In this document: in pieces, positions 10,026 through 23,900 of the stretch
Layout: each line of letters begins with the position of its first letter
Numbering within the stretch: position 1 is the stretch's first letter
Origin: Azolla caroliniana
Lineage: Eukaryota; Plantae; Polypodiophyta
Assembly (NCBI GenBank): GCA_043228905.1
Contig: JBHGNT010000010.1
Span: forward strand, 9,610,001-9,674,000
Direction of reading: 5' to 3'
Length of the DNA stretch: 64,000 nt
The notes under the pieces: generated by a model
Told to the model about the DNA's origin: nothing
The model's input: the letters and a program-made list of their open reading frames with translations, nothing else
Databases searched by the model: none
Translations under genes and position numbers: made by a program

Positions 10026-11365
10026 GCGACCACGGTGTCATGAGAAGAAAAGAATTTTCCGGATCATTGGCTAATGGAGATGATTTACTTTTTGACCACA
10101 GGGTTGCCACCACCACAGTTACGGACGGACAAAAAGAAATGACTAGCAGTCCGGAGTCGTAACTTTTTTCTGGTCGAAGGCGTACTCTACCATAAAGGTA
10201 GCAAAGGAATTTGGTGGCGCGGAATACGGCAAGATGAGAAGGAAGCCGTACTACGCGAAGCTCATTGTGGTACGACCGAAGGGCATTACGCTAGAAAAGT
10301 ATGGCAAGCGGGTCTCTGGTGGCCAACTATGCAAAAGGACGCGTATCAATAATGTAAACAATGTGATATGTGTCAACGCTTGGGGCAACCTATGGAGCTC
10401 GCAAGAATGCCTCACCAACCAGTACTCCCGCTTGACCCGTTCCAAAAATGGGGTCTCGAGCTTGTCAGTCCCTTTATGTCGGCAACAACACGGACATGCA
10501 ACAAATACATTCTTGTGGCCACAGATTACTACACAAAGTGGGTAGAAGCCAAACCATTATGGGACAATATTGCGACGTCCACAGCAAGATTCCTTTATGA
10601 ACACATCTAGTGCCATTTTGATTGCCTAATAGAGCTCATAAGAGACCAAGGGAGCCATTTCTTGTTTTCGGTCATCCACGCACTCACGCACCATTATGCC
10701 GTAGTACACAAGAAGAGTACAACATATTACCCATAGGCAAATGGGTTAGCAGAATCCACGAACAAGACGCTACAGACTATCCTGAAAAAGATAGTGAATG
10801 AGAATAGAACAGACTGGGACACAAAGCTGCACAACGCTTTGTGGGCGTACCGAAAGAGTTACAAAACGAGTATACAATCCACGCCTTTCCGGTTAGCGTT
10901 TGGGTTAGAGGCCACACGCCCATCGAATTCTAGGTGCCCAGCTTGCGGATTCAAGTATGCAACAGACTGTCAGAAGACCAGTCCAAGCAGATCCGGCTAC
11001 AACAACTTCTCGAACTAGGTGAAGCTCTGGTCTGCAGCATGGCCATATTGGAACAAGTGCAACGACGTCGTAAGGCGTTCGTAGATCCACATCGGGGCAC
11101 ACAAGACAAAGACTTCATGGTTGGGAAAGCCGTACTGGTCTTTCAAACACGCATGGGGCCAATGCCAAGAAAGTTACGATTCCGATGGACATGGCCGTAC
11201 TGGATAATTGGGGCAGAAAATGGGACCTTTCAGTTAGGTACCCTTGCCAGAGAAGTATTACGCCAAAAAGTGAACGGATTCCGATTAAAGCCTTACCTAG
11301 GATCCACACCCCCAAGCCTGTTTAACGTTGTAACGAACATGGCAGAGGGATCCCACACTAACTAG
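10026..11365 (+). pseudogene. pol: Gypsy B integrase, disrupted
   Basis: ORFs 10368-10610, 10794-11018 and 10934-11365 are consecutive integrase pieces separated by stops and frameshifts. Confidence 0.92.
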
Positions 11366-11474
11366 TAGCTGGGACCCACTGGTAAATAGATGTAACAGAA
11401 ATGTTGTACTTTACCCGTTGAGAAAAAGAAAAAGAAAAAAACGAGAAGATATTCACGACTATTAAAAGGACTTT

Positions 11475-13790
11475 ATGCATGCACAAATCCCAAAACCAAG
11501 CACACGCGCCGCCACGATGTCACACAGAACTATGAACCCTAGGGCACAAAAAGAAGGAAACAAAAGGTTTTCTGCACATTATAGAAAACAACCTCCAGCC
11601 TTCTGCTCTCCTCGCTCTCTTGCCTACCACAGGCACCATGCACAACGCAACTCACGTGGTTCACCCGTTCAACACTCTCCGCACGAACCCTGTCCACCCA
11701 CGATGTCGATCACTATCTTGGCAGCTTTGCGCAGGTGGCTCCTGGAAAACGGGTTTGAGGGGTACATCTAGGTAGCAGATGCGCCACCGCACCCCGATGC
11801 CGAATATATCGCCAAGAATCTCAACATCGACACGATGACAAATGCTAGTATCCGAAAGAAGTTGGGTTTGACTGCAATGAGCGAGAAGCACTTCGAAATT
11901 CCTCCATCCGACGATCTAGAGAAGTATTTGGAGAATATTTGACATCTGCCAAGGCATACAGAACAAAGGAAATCCCGAATCCATTTATTTGGGAGATTGC
12001 AAAGTTCCTGCTGGAAGTCAGATGCGTACATGTTAACGCCTAAAGGATACTGAAACAAAAGGCATGCATTATCATCGACACATTCGAAGGTCGCGTAGTA
12101 CATTGGGGAGTAATTACGGGACTGGCGGTGCGAGAGGGACTACACGCATACCAAGCCAGAAAAAAGCTAAGGCCGAGCATTCAACAGTACCTTACGATAC
12201 TGTTTCCACCGTGCGGACTCCCCGCCCCACCGATTAGCAAACCTACACCCCGACCACGAGCAACGAAACGACGGTTGGCGGAATTGGCAACCATGGAATG
12301 GGAAGAAGAACCAAAACCTTCCCACCCCGTCGTGGAAGCAATGCAGCCGGAAGAACTAGAAGAGACCATTGAAACACTGAAAAGAACGGGTGAGCAAGAA
12401 CCGGAATGCAACCACGGAAGCCCAAGGCCTAAGCGTCGTAGGCTAGATCGGAAGGATGGGCGCAAACTGGTAAAAGATATAGTTGCACCAATCGAAACTT
12501 CCGCCCCCAAGGAGCTCACAACTACATTAGAGATAATCCGTGACCCACGACCAATCATTACGACTCAGTCTCCATGTGGCAAAGGAGTGCTCACAGTAGA
12601 AAGCGAAGTCCTAAAATATCCGGACATTCTGGATATGGCCCATGAGTTCCGCGCACTATTGCAGTTTGGAACGACATACAAACTCATGGATTTCTTGGCG
12701 ACACAGCAAATCAAGGTCTCCCAGTGCATGACTGAGGAGCACGCTGAACAACAAATGATCGAGCGTGGGCTGACAAGAACGACGGAAATCGAAGATGAGT
12801 GACCCCTTGCCAAGGTAGGCAAGGAGCGTAACACGAGAATTCGCCATATGGGCATCGAATTACCTCCATTAAATGCGGCACTAGTCGAGGTGCATACAGT
12901 ATTGGTGAAAGTCATTGTGGGCGTCAAGGATATGGCTATTAAAAATAAAAATGTTTGGAAAACAGTCAAGCTGACTCAAAACCAACTATAGAAGGCACAA
13001 GAGCGCATTGCGCAATTAGAAAGCAACACGACTACGATGCAACATATCCCCAGACCTACCCCCAATGCTAATGAGCTGACGACTTTATGGGAGGAAGTTG
13101 AAGCTCAAACCGCCATAGCCACAAAAGGGAAAAAGGCTACGCAGGTGGCCGAGACCGAGATCGACCGACTCCGCGCAGAACTCCGCTAATCATCAGACAG
13201 AGAAGCAGATATCAGGGCCAAAGGACGAAGGGCGACCAAAGCTCTTGAGGATAAGCTTGAAGCAGAGATAGCAACACATACTAGCACAAAAGAAGAAAAG
13301 AGAAAGTTGTAGGAGGAAGCAAAGAAGACAGAGGTTGTCATTACGGGGCTTCGAGAGTTATTAGAAAGGAAGAAAGCGTGGTAAGGTGAGCAACTCGTGC
13401 GTGAACGTGAACAAACGCGTCAGGTAGAAATTCGCCTGAACAATAAATTGGGACAACTCGAAAAACTGCACTTAAAGGAGTCCTAGATATGGGCAAAGAT
13501 GAAGAGTTGCTATGAGGAAGCGACGACAACCAATAAGTGTAAAATCGAAAACCTCAAGAAGGCCCTAGACGAAGCGCAAGCCCGCTCCCAAACGCTAATG
13601 GAAAATGTACGCATCCTCCTTCAAACAAATTGTGAGCGGTTTACAATGCAGTTGAAAGCAACGTTGGACAAAGGATGGGCGGCATGGGCTACGCAAGCAG
13701 CAGAATTGCACACCTACCAGGCGGACTAGGAGAACCGCCGCAAAGAGGGCAGAGGCTTCTACAAGCTAAATGAGGAAAGCATTACGGCGG
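11475..13790 (+). pseudogene. Gypsy B extra ORF, homolog of ORF3 of element A
   Basis: LRRWLLENGFEGYI*VADAPPHP vs LRLWLHERNLQGFIKVAEAEPHP; KGWAAWATQAAELHTYQAD*ENRRKEGRGFYK vs QGWKLWTAQAAELQILRADKNNRQVQGAGFFK. Confidence 0.88.
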
Positions 13791-14632
13791 TGTCGTGAAG
13801 ATCCGTCACTACGTGCGGATTGTGAGGCAGAACCACCGGGGTCCTAGACCGGAAGGATTCGAAGTTTGCACTAGCTTTAGCGAGAAAGTATTTAAGATAG
13901 ATTAAAAGAGATTGATATGACGAAAGAGAGATATTGAGATAAAGATTAAACTTTTAACTTTTAGATTTAAGAGAGAAGATACAACTACAATGGGATTACA
14001 AGTTTCTTATTTTACCCAAAATTTTCATTAGTTTCATTTGCTTGATTCCTCCACTCTTTTATAGATGCCCCCATGCATATGGTGCATGTGAGGGTGCAAG
14101 ACATGCACGTAATGCATGCAAAGCATGCTTGCCATGTCATCATCTAAGCTCTCATGTATAAGAATTTACATGTAAAAGTATAATGATAAAAATATAGCTT
14201 CTAAGGAAATGACTTGGCTTAGTGGTAGGTATATTGCTTTCTATCTTGGAGGTGCAAGGTTCAAGCCTTGCTCACATCCCTTTTAAAACACAAAATACTA
14301 GTAGGCCTTTGGTTTTGTATTTACACCGAAAATCTTCAAAACACCATGCACTGCGATCAACCAACCTATCCGTTTGTCCCAACCGGTTCAATCCGATCCT
14401 GAACCGATCCTATCCCGATCTCGATTGCTAGTCGCCGTCCTGTTTCGGTGAGCTAAAACCCTCCTTGAACATTCTATGACCCACTCATAAACACAAAGTA
14501 ATTGATTTTGGCCCTCCTTATATACTTTTGGATCCTTATTTGTCCTGTTTATGTGGGATATCTCGTAGTTTTGGTTTTTCTCCTCTTCTTTGCAAACTTC
14601 ATACCCACATAACTTGCCGCTTAGTTGTCCAT
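13791..14632 (-). repeat. LTR-like sequence (U5 end at 13791) interrupting gypsy B ORF3
   Basis: Starts TGTCG; first ~70 bp repeated at 14633-14701 and similar to LTR ends at 44216 and 35159 (reverse complement); TATA-like on minus strand at ~14057-14064. Far boundary not resolved. Confidence 0.6.
14211..14278 (+). other. tRNA-like Pol III promoter cassette (A box + T-arm/B box), not a complete tRNA
   Basis: TGGCTTAGTGG ... GCAAG-GTTCAAGC-CTTGC hairpin. Confidence 0.6.
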
Positions 14633-14701
14633 TGTCGTGAAAATCCGTCACTATGTGCGGATCGCGAGGCAGAACCGCTGGGGTTCTGGACTAGAAGGAT
14701 T
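14633..14701 (-). repeat. Second copy of the LTR U5-end motif
   Basis: Diverged direct repeat of 13791-13859. Confidence 0.75.
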
Positions 14702-15558
14702 TAGTGCAAGAATAGATACATTCTAGATCCTTCACTACTGAGTACTTTTAATGTAGGACTTACATCCTTGTACCTATATTCCCTTACACATGTGCACCCT
14801 TGCACATGAGATGTGTATATTATGATGGGTATTTTTGTAACTTGATGTCTTTTTAATATAAGTAAGAGTTCCTTGAGCTACACTTGTTAATCATCCCCCA
14901 TTTATCTTATTGTTCATAAGTGTAACTTCCTCTCTCTCTTTCTCTCACACACATACACACATATCAAATAATCTTCCGCGGCTTAATCACATACGTGATT
15001 AACTACTCACATAATTAGATACTAATTAACCCTTAGTTACTTACTTAATTATTAACAGTAAAGCCACCAAAACATGGACCATGATAACCAAAAAAGCGTT
15101 TGTTAGGTATTTGCATGTCGAAGTCTTGATCCAACTTGCATTGTGTTTTGGAAATAGGTTCTAGTTTGCATGTCGAAGACTTGATCTAGCGGTTTTTGTG
15201 GCTGAGTCAAATTTGAGGATTATGTGCCTGGTGAGCAAAATGGCATCCACATGGATGATGAGCCTGTTCACCACATGAATGAAGTATCATTGCCCAAAGA
15301 GGTCTCAAAAATGTTGCACATCATCGATCCATTTTGGGTGTAGCTTCAAAACCAAAGCTCCAATGTGGAGCACGATCTCGGTCGTGTGCATGAGCGAGAC
15401 TATGTCGTCATAACACGAATGCACTTGGACCATTGTGTGCTTTGGATGAAGATGCAACATAGTCCAACTGGTGTGGATGCCTAGAAAGTGACCGGCCAAG
15501 TAGTCCTCTGCAATCCACTTATGTAACCATGGTCACTAGTTGTGTAAGTAGAGAAACA

Positions 15559-18500
15559 TGTTGGGAAATCCGTCTCTCCGGATCCCATCCGGAGATGAAT
15601 AAAGAGGACCCGGTGACAACTAGAAGAAACAGAGCTCGAGGTCATCGCCTCCAAGTCTCTGATTGTACCCTCTTTTCTTCATAGTGATAGTTGGAGTCTG
15701 TGGGCTCGTGTGGTTTTTCCCATTCAGGGTTTTCTACGTAAGCATCCTGTGTACTCTCCACTTCCCATTTCTGTGTTTGATTCTCATAGAAGTGATTCAC
15801 TACTCAGTTGTGGCCGAGTTATATTCCGCGCTATTTCTCTACAAACTGGTATCAGGGCGAACAACACAAGAAATGGAAGAATCGTTCGGTGGCATGTTCA
15901 AGCTCACCGGCTCCAACTACTCAGTGTGGAAGCCAAAGATGAGGGACATGCTGGTGGTTAAAGATCTTTGGTTGCCGGTTCAGTTCGGGAACAAGAGACC
16001 GGATAAGATCGACGCCACAGTGTGGGAGGTGATGCACATGAAGACGACAACATACATTTGGTGCTTCATCGACATGAGGTTGTACAACAACTTCAATGAA
16101 GAGAGCAAGGATCATGAAATCTGGGAGAAGATCGGCATCATGTTCCAGAACAAGAATGTTGTTAATCGGGTTTCGGTATTCCAGACGCTAGTGAGGCTCC
16201 GGTACCAAGATGGCTCCAACATGGCGGAGCACATGAATGCCTTCCAGGGGCTAATACATCAAGCAACCTCATTGGAAGTACCTCTCACCGATGAGGTACT
16301 CACATTGCTCCTGCTCGGTTCCCTCCTGGATAGTTGGGAGATGTTAGTTGTCACGTTGGGCAACGCTGGGCTGGAAGGAAAACAGTTGTCCCTAGCAAGG
16401 GTAAAATCAAGCCTGCTAGATGACGAAGCTCGCCGGAAGGACCAAGAATCCGGAACTGATTTGAAGGCCTTGGTCACGGAAGATGACCACAACCGGGGAA
16501 GAGGCCAGTATCGGAGTCCCTAAAACCGGGACAAATCAGGGACGAGGTCGAAGTCAAGGGGGAGGCCCACGTGCTTCTATTGCGGGAAGCCGAGACACTT
16601 CCAGAAGAACTGCTGACATTTCCGGAAAGAGAAGGAAACTGGCACTACCGATTCGAAGAAGAGTTCGGACCAGAGAGGCCCGGATCGGAAGGGAACATCG
16701 GTGATCGCGACAAGTGAAGAAGAACTGATGCTCATTACCGAAGAGAATGAGTTAAACCTTGTCGGCGACGAGACAACATGGGTTGTCGATTCCAGAGCGT
16801 CGTTCCAGTTGACACCGGACTGGAGATGCTTCTCATCCTACACAGCCGATGATCGTGGTTGTGTTCGGATGGGGAATAAAGGCACATGCCGAATTGTTGG
16901 CATAGGAGATGTGTTGTTGACGACATCAACCGAATGCAAATAGTTGTTGAAGGATGTCTGACATGTTCCGGAGGTTCGACTGAACCTGATATCAGTCGGT
17001 AGGCTAGATGATGAAGGCTACACGGGTAGCATCCAGAACGGAGTTATGACGTTCAGCAAGGGAAGCTTCATAGTGGCGCGAACCTGGAAGATCAACACAT
17101 TGTACTTGATAAATGCCCGAAAATGCTGAGAAGAAGTGAATGTAGCATTCCACACTGCTGGTGAGCTGTGGCACAAAAGACTGTGTCACATGAGTGAGAA
17201 GGGGAGAGGCTTGCCGAAGACAACCTCATTCCGGTGAAGGAAGTGTAGCTTGAGAAGTGCACTGATTGCTTGGCCGGAAAGCAAAACCAAACCTCCTTCC
17301 GGTCAAGGCCACTTGTGAGATGGAATGCACCACTTGAGTTGGTACATACCAATGTGTGTCAAGTGGACACGAAGTCACATGCCGGAGCGAAGTGCTTCGT
17401 GACGTTCATAGATGACCACAGCCGGAAGCTGTGGGTTTCACTGTTGAAGACGAAGGATCAGGTGTTATGTGGCTTCAAGGAGCTCCACGCAAGATTGAAA
17501 AGAGAAACCGGTCGGAAGCATAAGGTGGTTCAAGCAGACAACGGAGGAGAATACCGGGGGCTGTTCGAGGAGTACTACCAGTCGAAGGGAATACGGCTCC
17601 AATTCACTATGCCGAAGACACCGGAACTAAACGGCCAGGCCGAAAGGATGAACTGGACCATAATGGAGAGTGTCCGGAGCATGCTAGCACATGCAAAGTT
17701 ACCCAAGACGTTTTGGGTTGACGCGCTAACGACGGCGACCTACGTGATAAATAGATCACCCTCAGTGCCCTTGAACGGAGACACGCCGCAAAGAGTATGG
17801 ACCGGTAAGGACATGTCTTACTGGCATCTGAAGGTGTTCAGGTGTCTCGCATATGTGCATGTCGCAAAGAACAAGAGAGCAAAGTTGGATCCGAAGTCTA
17901 GGCCATGCATATTCCTTGGATACAGTGATGATGAGTTCGGTTACCGGGTGTGGGATCTAGTTGACAAGAAGGTGTTTCAGAGTCGGGACATAGTCTTCAT
18001 GGAAGACAGGACCATTGCCGACTTGGAGTCGGAGAAGAAGATGATGAACTTCAGATCATCCAATTAAAACCGGCTTGAGGACACAAGGATATACCCAGTT
18101 GAAAACCGGATGTTAGCCGGTAACCGGATGACACTCGACGAACCGACATGATACAGACAAGAAACCGAACTAACCGAAGAAGAGGACGAAGAAGACACTA
18201 GAACTGGAAAAGACCCCAAATTGGACTCGGATGAGGAACAAACGGAGGAACCGATAGTCAAAAACCAAGGACAGAACCCTCTCCAAGAGAGAAGAGCCCC
18301 CCAGAGATTCCCGGATGTAGAGCATGTGTTGCTAATCGATGAGGGGGAGCCGAAAAGCTTCGAAGAAGCAAAGAGAGACACCCACAACCGCAAGTGGTTG
18401 AGTGCCATGTAGGATGAGATGGATTCCCTAGATGAGAACCACACATATGAATTGACGGAGATGCCGAAAGGGAAAAGGCACTCCAGAACAAGTGGGTGTA

Positions 18501-19866
18501 CAAGTTGAAACCGGGAGATGCCAGAAATCCACCCAGGTATAAGGCCCGAATCGTGGTGAACGGCTTCCATCAAAAGAAAGGAGTGGACTTCGATGAGATC
18601 TTTGCCTCGGTAGTAAAGATGACATCCATCCGGATGGTATTGGGCATAGCGGCAAGCATGGACCTCGAGGTAGAGCAACTAGACGTGAAGACGACATTCC
18701 TCCATGGTGAGCTCAAAGAGGAGATCTACATGCATCAACCAGAAGGATTTGAGAAGAAAGGGAAGGAGCACCTAGTGTGCTGGCTGAAGAAGAGCCTAGA
18801 CGGACCGAAGCAAGCTCCCCGGAAATGGTACCAGAAATTTGACTCCTTCATGACCGACCAAGGGTACCACAAGACGCGGGCCGATGAATTAGACAGAGGA
18901 GATTTCTTGATACTCGTATATGTGGATGATATGTTGTTCGTTGGACGAGACCAATGAAAGATTCAGATGCGGAAGAAGGCTCTGAACTGGACCTTTTCAA
19001 TGAAAGACTTGGGGCTAGCAAGACAGATATTGGGAATGCACATCATCCAGGACCAGTCGAGGAAGCTATTGTGGTTGTCATAGGAGAAGTACATGACAAA
19101 GGTCGGAGGTGAAACCGGTCGGATCGACACTTCCGGCAAACTGCAAGCTGTTCAGGAAACAAAGCCTGAGGACAAAGGCAGAGAAGACGGATATGATGAA
19201 GATAACATATGCTTCTGTCATCGGGAGCTTGATGTACACGATGGTATGTACCTAGCCGGATATCGGATATGCAGTCAGAGTGGTGAGCTGGTTCATGAGC
19301 AATCTCGGCAAAGAGCATTGGAACACGGTCAAGTGGATACTCGGATATATGAAAGGCACTTCGAGTATGTGTCTCTAGTTCGGTTCCGGTAATCCCCATC
19401 TTGATGGATTCGCAGATTTGGATATGTCGGCTGATGTAGTTACCAGCCGGTCTACATCCGGATATGTCATGACCTATGCAGGAGGAGTTGTTTCCTAGCA
19501 GTTGAGGCTACAGAAGACGGTTGAGTTGTCAACCATAGAGACGAAGTAAATGGCAGTTGTAGAAGCCGGCAAGGAGATAATCTGGATGAAGGACTTCATC
19601 GGAGAGCTCGGAATCCAACAAGAGGAATACCGACTCTACTCCGACAGTCAAAGTGCCATCCACCTTGCAAAGAACACGGCCTACCATTCCCGGACGAAAC
19701 ATATCCAACGGAGATACCACTGGATCCGAGAGAGAGTATCAAGAGTTCGTGCTGACGAAGATCCACACGAAGGAGAATGGGTCGGATATGCTTACCAAGG
19801 TATTGACAACCGACAAGCTAGACACGTGTCAAGAGCGGATCGGGCTGACGAGATTGTTGGGAAATC
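15559..19866 (+). mobile_element. Ty1/copia element C2, full internal region, degraded
   Basis: 5' LTR 15559-15843, PBS TGGTATCAGGGC 15847-15858, gag-PR-INT-RT-RH order, only 12 bp of 3' LTR (19855-19866). Confidence 0.95.
15873..19850 (+). pseudogene. gag-pol: Copia C2 gag-pol with multiple stops and frameshifts
   Basis: KLTGSNYSVW (gag), CFYCGKPRH knuckle, WVVDSRAS (protease), FIDDHSR/ADNGGEY/NGQAERMN (integrase), QLDVKTTFLHG and YVDDML (RT), SDSQSAIHLAKN..HSRTKHI (RNase H). Confidence 0.95.
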
Positions 19867-20551
19867 GGCATGGGACTTGTCCCTTCTTTGTGGACTTCTT
19901 TGTTTGTTCCTTCCTCTACCCTAATGTTGCAATATATTTGCATCTGACTGGGACAGGACACCCTTGTCCTTTCTTCTCATCTCCTCATTCAAGATGCTTG
20001 TCTTTACAACTTGTAGAGACAAGTTCTCTTCTCGACACGAGCTGCTGAGAGTCACCACCAGGTTCTCCCATTTGTTCGGCAGGGTACACAATAGTAGAAG
20101 GGCCTGCATAGCATCATCAAGAGGAAACTTGGTTGCAACAAGTTGATTTACTAGCCCCATGAATGTATTGATGTGTACTAATATGCTTTCTCCATCTCGG
20201 TACTTCAACCTTACCATCTTTCTTATCAAAGATATCTTGTTGAGGGCATTCTTCCTCTCGTACAACTCTTACAACTTCTGCCACATCTCATATACATTTG
20301 TGCCATTAGCCACATGCTGAAGGACACTCACATCTACACATTGTTTGATGGTAGCGACCGCCTTCCTGTTCAAGAGTTTCCATTCCAACTTTAATACCCC
20401 TGTGAGCATTTCTTCTCTATCGATGGGCTCGTACAAATCTTTGACTATGAGAAGATCTTCCATCTTGACCTTTCAATCTGCATAATTGTATGAGTTCGGG
20501 ACCATCATTCTTGGAAAACCACTCACACCTCCTTCCATCTTCGCACTTGTC

Positions 20552-20632
20552 GCTCTGATACCAGTTTGATGAGAAAGAACATGAAAGGTCGCTCTGATAC
20601 CAGTTTGTCACTCTGATACCAGTCTGATACCA
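20552..20632 (-). repeat. Four tandem copies of the tRNA-iMet PBS
   Basis: (GC)TCTGATACCA at ~20552, ~20591, ~20611 and ~20623. Confidence 0.9.
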
Positions 20633-20976
20633 TAGATTTCTGAGAAAGGTGAATAGAAATAGACAACACGAAAGCAGATAAATGTATGGGTGAAAGCATG
20701 CGAGTGGAAACACTATTATAGCTAATTAGCTACTAAAATGGCCACAACTAATTAGCTATTTGTTAGCTAGTTTTTTGTGGGAAAATCATAAGGATGGTTT
20801 ACGAAATTTTATGTTTTATTAGTTAAATACATGTCATTTAATTGATGAGAATACTCAAATATTTGAACTTTGGTTTCTGACATAGTGGAACATGGGGAAT
20901 AGTGCCATCATCTAAGGTCGACTTGAATGTCATCAAATTCTTGATAATCTTAAGTTCAAGTTTGAACTCCAAACAG

Positions 20977-23900
20977 ATGGAGTACTCTGAGCATGAACGC
21001 AGATGAAGCCCCCGCAACAGCACAAAAACTCTGAGATCGACATTGCACCTTCAGAGCTACAACACACGAGCTAGTCGATCCTCGTCCAGGTATGTATCAG
21101 TTACATGTTAAAAAAACTTTTTTTTCCAAATTTATAACTGTCTGTAACTTTGGGGCATGTTCACCTTTCCCAAAAATCGAATAGGACGAAGTCATTGGAG
21201 TCCCAAACAAGGATGTCTCGAAGATCGGGGGATTGACCCTGCTAGATTGACCCTACTAAACTTCACAAAATTTTGCGAAACAAAGGAGGACTTTCACAAC
21301 ATATATGGTATGTCGCTTGAGGGTATTGACCCTGCTGTTCTAACTGATAGATTGATTAGTGATGTAGACTAGATGTCAGTATATAAAGTGCCTAGAGTGA
21401 AAGGCAAGGTCAAGCTCAAGCATGTACGCCCGGACCTGTACGACGACTGCATGAGACTACACCAAAAGTACATCAAGAGATCCTGGTCAACAACGAGTTT
21501 TCTGTTTCATTTGCCAGAGCTTTTGCGTATCAGTATTGCAAAACAATGAAGGAATCTTCGTGACCCTGAAATGTACAGCGTAGCTTGGGCAATTTATGGT
21601 GAGGCATCGGTAGAAAGATGTCGGAAGATGGGGATCTTGCAACAAAAAATGGCAAGATTTTGGAGCATGGCAGTTGATGATGCAATTGCCGACTCCCAAC
21701 AAACCTGCAAGTATACGCACACACAATGAAAGCCAATGTTGATGATATAAGTGAGACATTGGTTAGCTATATGCTAAAAAATGTCCATGAAGCCTATGAC
21801 ACATTAGAGTTTTTTAAGACTGATTTAGAGAAAGCAACATTGGCTGCTGCGATGGAGAGCAAAGTCACTTTGGCAGTTACAACAATCAGAAATAAGATTC
21901 AGGTACCTATTGTTTTGCTAGTATGTAATATGTTATAAATAACTTGTACATGAAAATGTGGTACTGAGGCATTATCTGGAATAGGTTGCTCAATATGAAC
22001 TTGAAATTGAGGGGTCGCTGGATCCCGACTGGAAAATTTAACTAGAGACAGAGATCTAGGTTCTTTCAATGAACTTGGACCTTTTAGGTGTAAATATTGT
22101 CGTTGATTACAATTTAGAAAAGTTACAAGTAAGTTAATGATTCTTGTTTCTTGTTGTTTTATCTTCCTCATTAAGGAATAATTAATCGTTAAATTTCTCA
22201 GTTGCGTTGAAGGAACAATACTCCCGTCAAGAACAGGTAGTTAGTTGCCTTAACAAGCAACTACATTTTGCGGAGGGGATGGTAAGCAGCAGACAAGAAT
22301 TGGACCTGAACATTCTTGCTCCCTTACCAAATGAAGGAGAACAGGGAAACGATATATTGACTGTTCAAGCACGTTGCATCGCTTGTGGATTACTTGTAGA
22401 GGACAAATCTGCTACTCTATTGGTTCACCTACAACCATGCCAACACACATACCATATCGTTTGTTTTCAATATGCATGTCGCATTGCTGCATTCTATTTG
22501 GGGGATTATAGTACAACTCTCCCAGATGAGTGGAGAAAACACATAGGTAAAATTGCTGCTTGTGACCATAATGTAGCTAATTAGTTCCATCTTTGCTAAT
22601 TAGGTAAGCTGTATAAAGTGTGGAAATTATTTAGCTATTATGGTTGTAGTGTAGTAGCTAATTACCTAACATGTAGTTAATTAGCTAAGTGGTAGCTAAT
22701 TAGCTACTACCATACTTTAGTTGAGTAGCTAATTGCTACCACTTAGCTAATTAACTACTATCATAGTTTACTACCGTAGCTAATTAGCTACTGCCATACT
22801 TCAGCGGAGTAGCTAATTAGCTAAGTGGTAGCTAATTAGATACTACCATACGTTAGCTTAGTAGCTAATTAGCTAAGTGGTAGCTAATAAGCTATTACCA
22901 TAGTTTAGTACAGTAGCTAATTAGCGACTACCATACTTTAGCTGAGTAGCTAATAAGCAAAGTGGTAGCTAATTAGCTACTACCATAGTTTAGTACAGTA
23001 GCTAATTAGCTAAGTGGTAGCTAATTAGCTACTACCATGGTTTAGTACAGTAGCTAATTAGCTACTACCATACTTTAGTTATAGTGGCTAACTAGCTAGT
23101 ACCATACTTTAGTTGAGTAGCTAATTAGCTTGTACCATACCTAAGCGAAGTAGCTAATTAGCTCAGTGGTAGCTAATTAGCTATTGTCATAGTCTAGAAG
23201 AATAGCTAGTTAGCTAAGATGTAGCTAATTAGCGACCATGTTGTTGTAGAATCTTGTGGATTAAGGAGGGCACAAGACCTATCTGGTGCTGATGACGCTG
23301 CAACCGATGAGGAGATAGTTGCCAACATGGCTGAAAGTAAGAGTCTTGCTATCACATCTCCTTCAGATCAGCTGCACCCTATTCTTTTGGAAGATGGTAA
23401 TGAAGTAGGCAACTATGTGAAAAGCCATGAAATATTGGAAACAACATGTGAACCTCACAACAATAGTGTTTTGGAACACTTGATGCATCATTTCTTCGAA
23501 TCCGAAAACCTTGATTCCACCCCATTGAGCCCAACTACTAATAATGTCCAAACAGATTCCACTATACTGGAAAAGCTAGTACAAGACGCATTTGACCTAC
23601 AAGGCACTACTGAGGTGATGGAAAGGTTGTCGATGGAAGACACACTTGCGCAATGGATCAAAGAAGCAAGGCTAAATGGGCAACCGGCTAGGAAAAGGCT
23701 GAAGAAGGGGCCATGATCGGGGACAAGACTAGTTACTCGGTCATGGGGCTCCTGAATTGGAGCGAAATACTTATTAGTTGGATATGATTGTTAGCAATTT
23801 TCCTAGGGTTTTATGAAGTTTTAGTATGATCTATTTGGACAAGTAAAACCTCAGATTGGTTGTTGCTTGATCCAGATTATGTAATGGAACTCTATGATGT

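Larger units (their letters stand above)
10026..13790 (+). mobile_element. Ty3/gypsy element B (degraded relative of A): integrase plus extra ORF
   Basis: Fragments align by eye with the pol C-terminus of A (DHWLMEMIYFLTTG, CQRLGQP, ATDYYTKWVEAK, NRTDWDTKL, VNGFRLKPYLG) and with its ORF3. Confidence 0.92.

Noticed and set aside
14211-14278. Functional tRNA gene (also 44837 and 45359)
   Set aside because: No convincing acceptor or anticodon stems; only the A/B boxes and T arm are recognisable.
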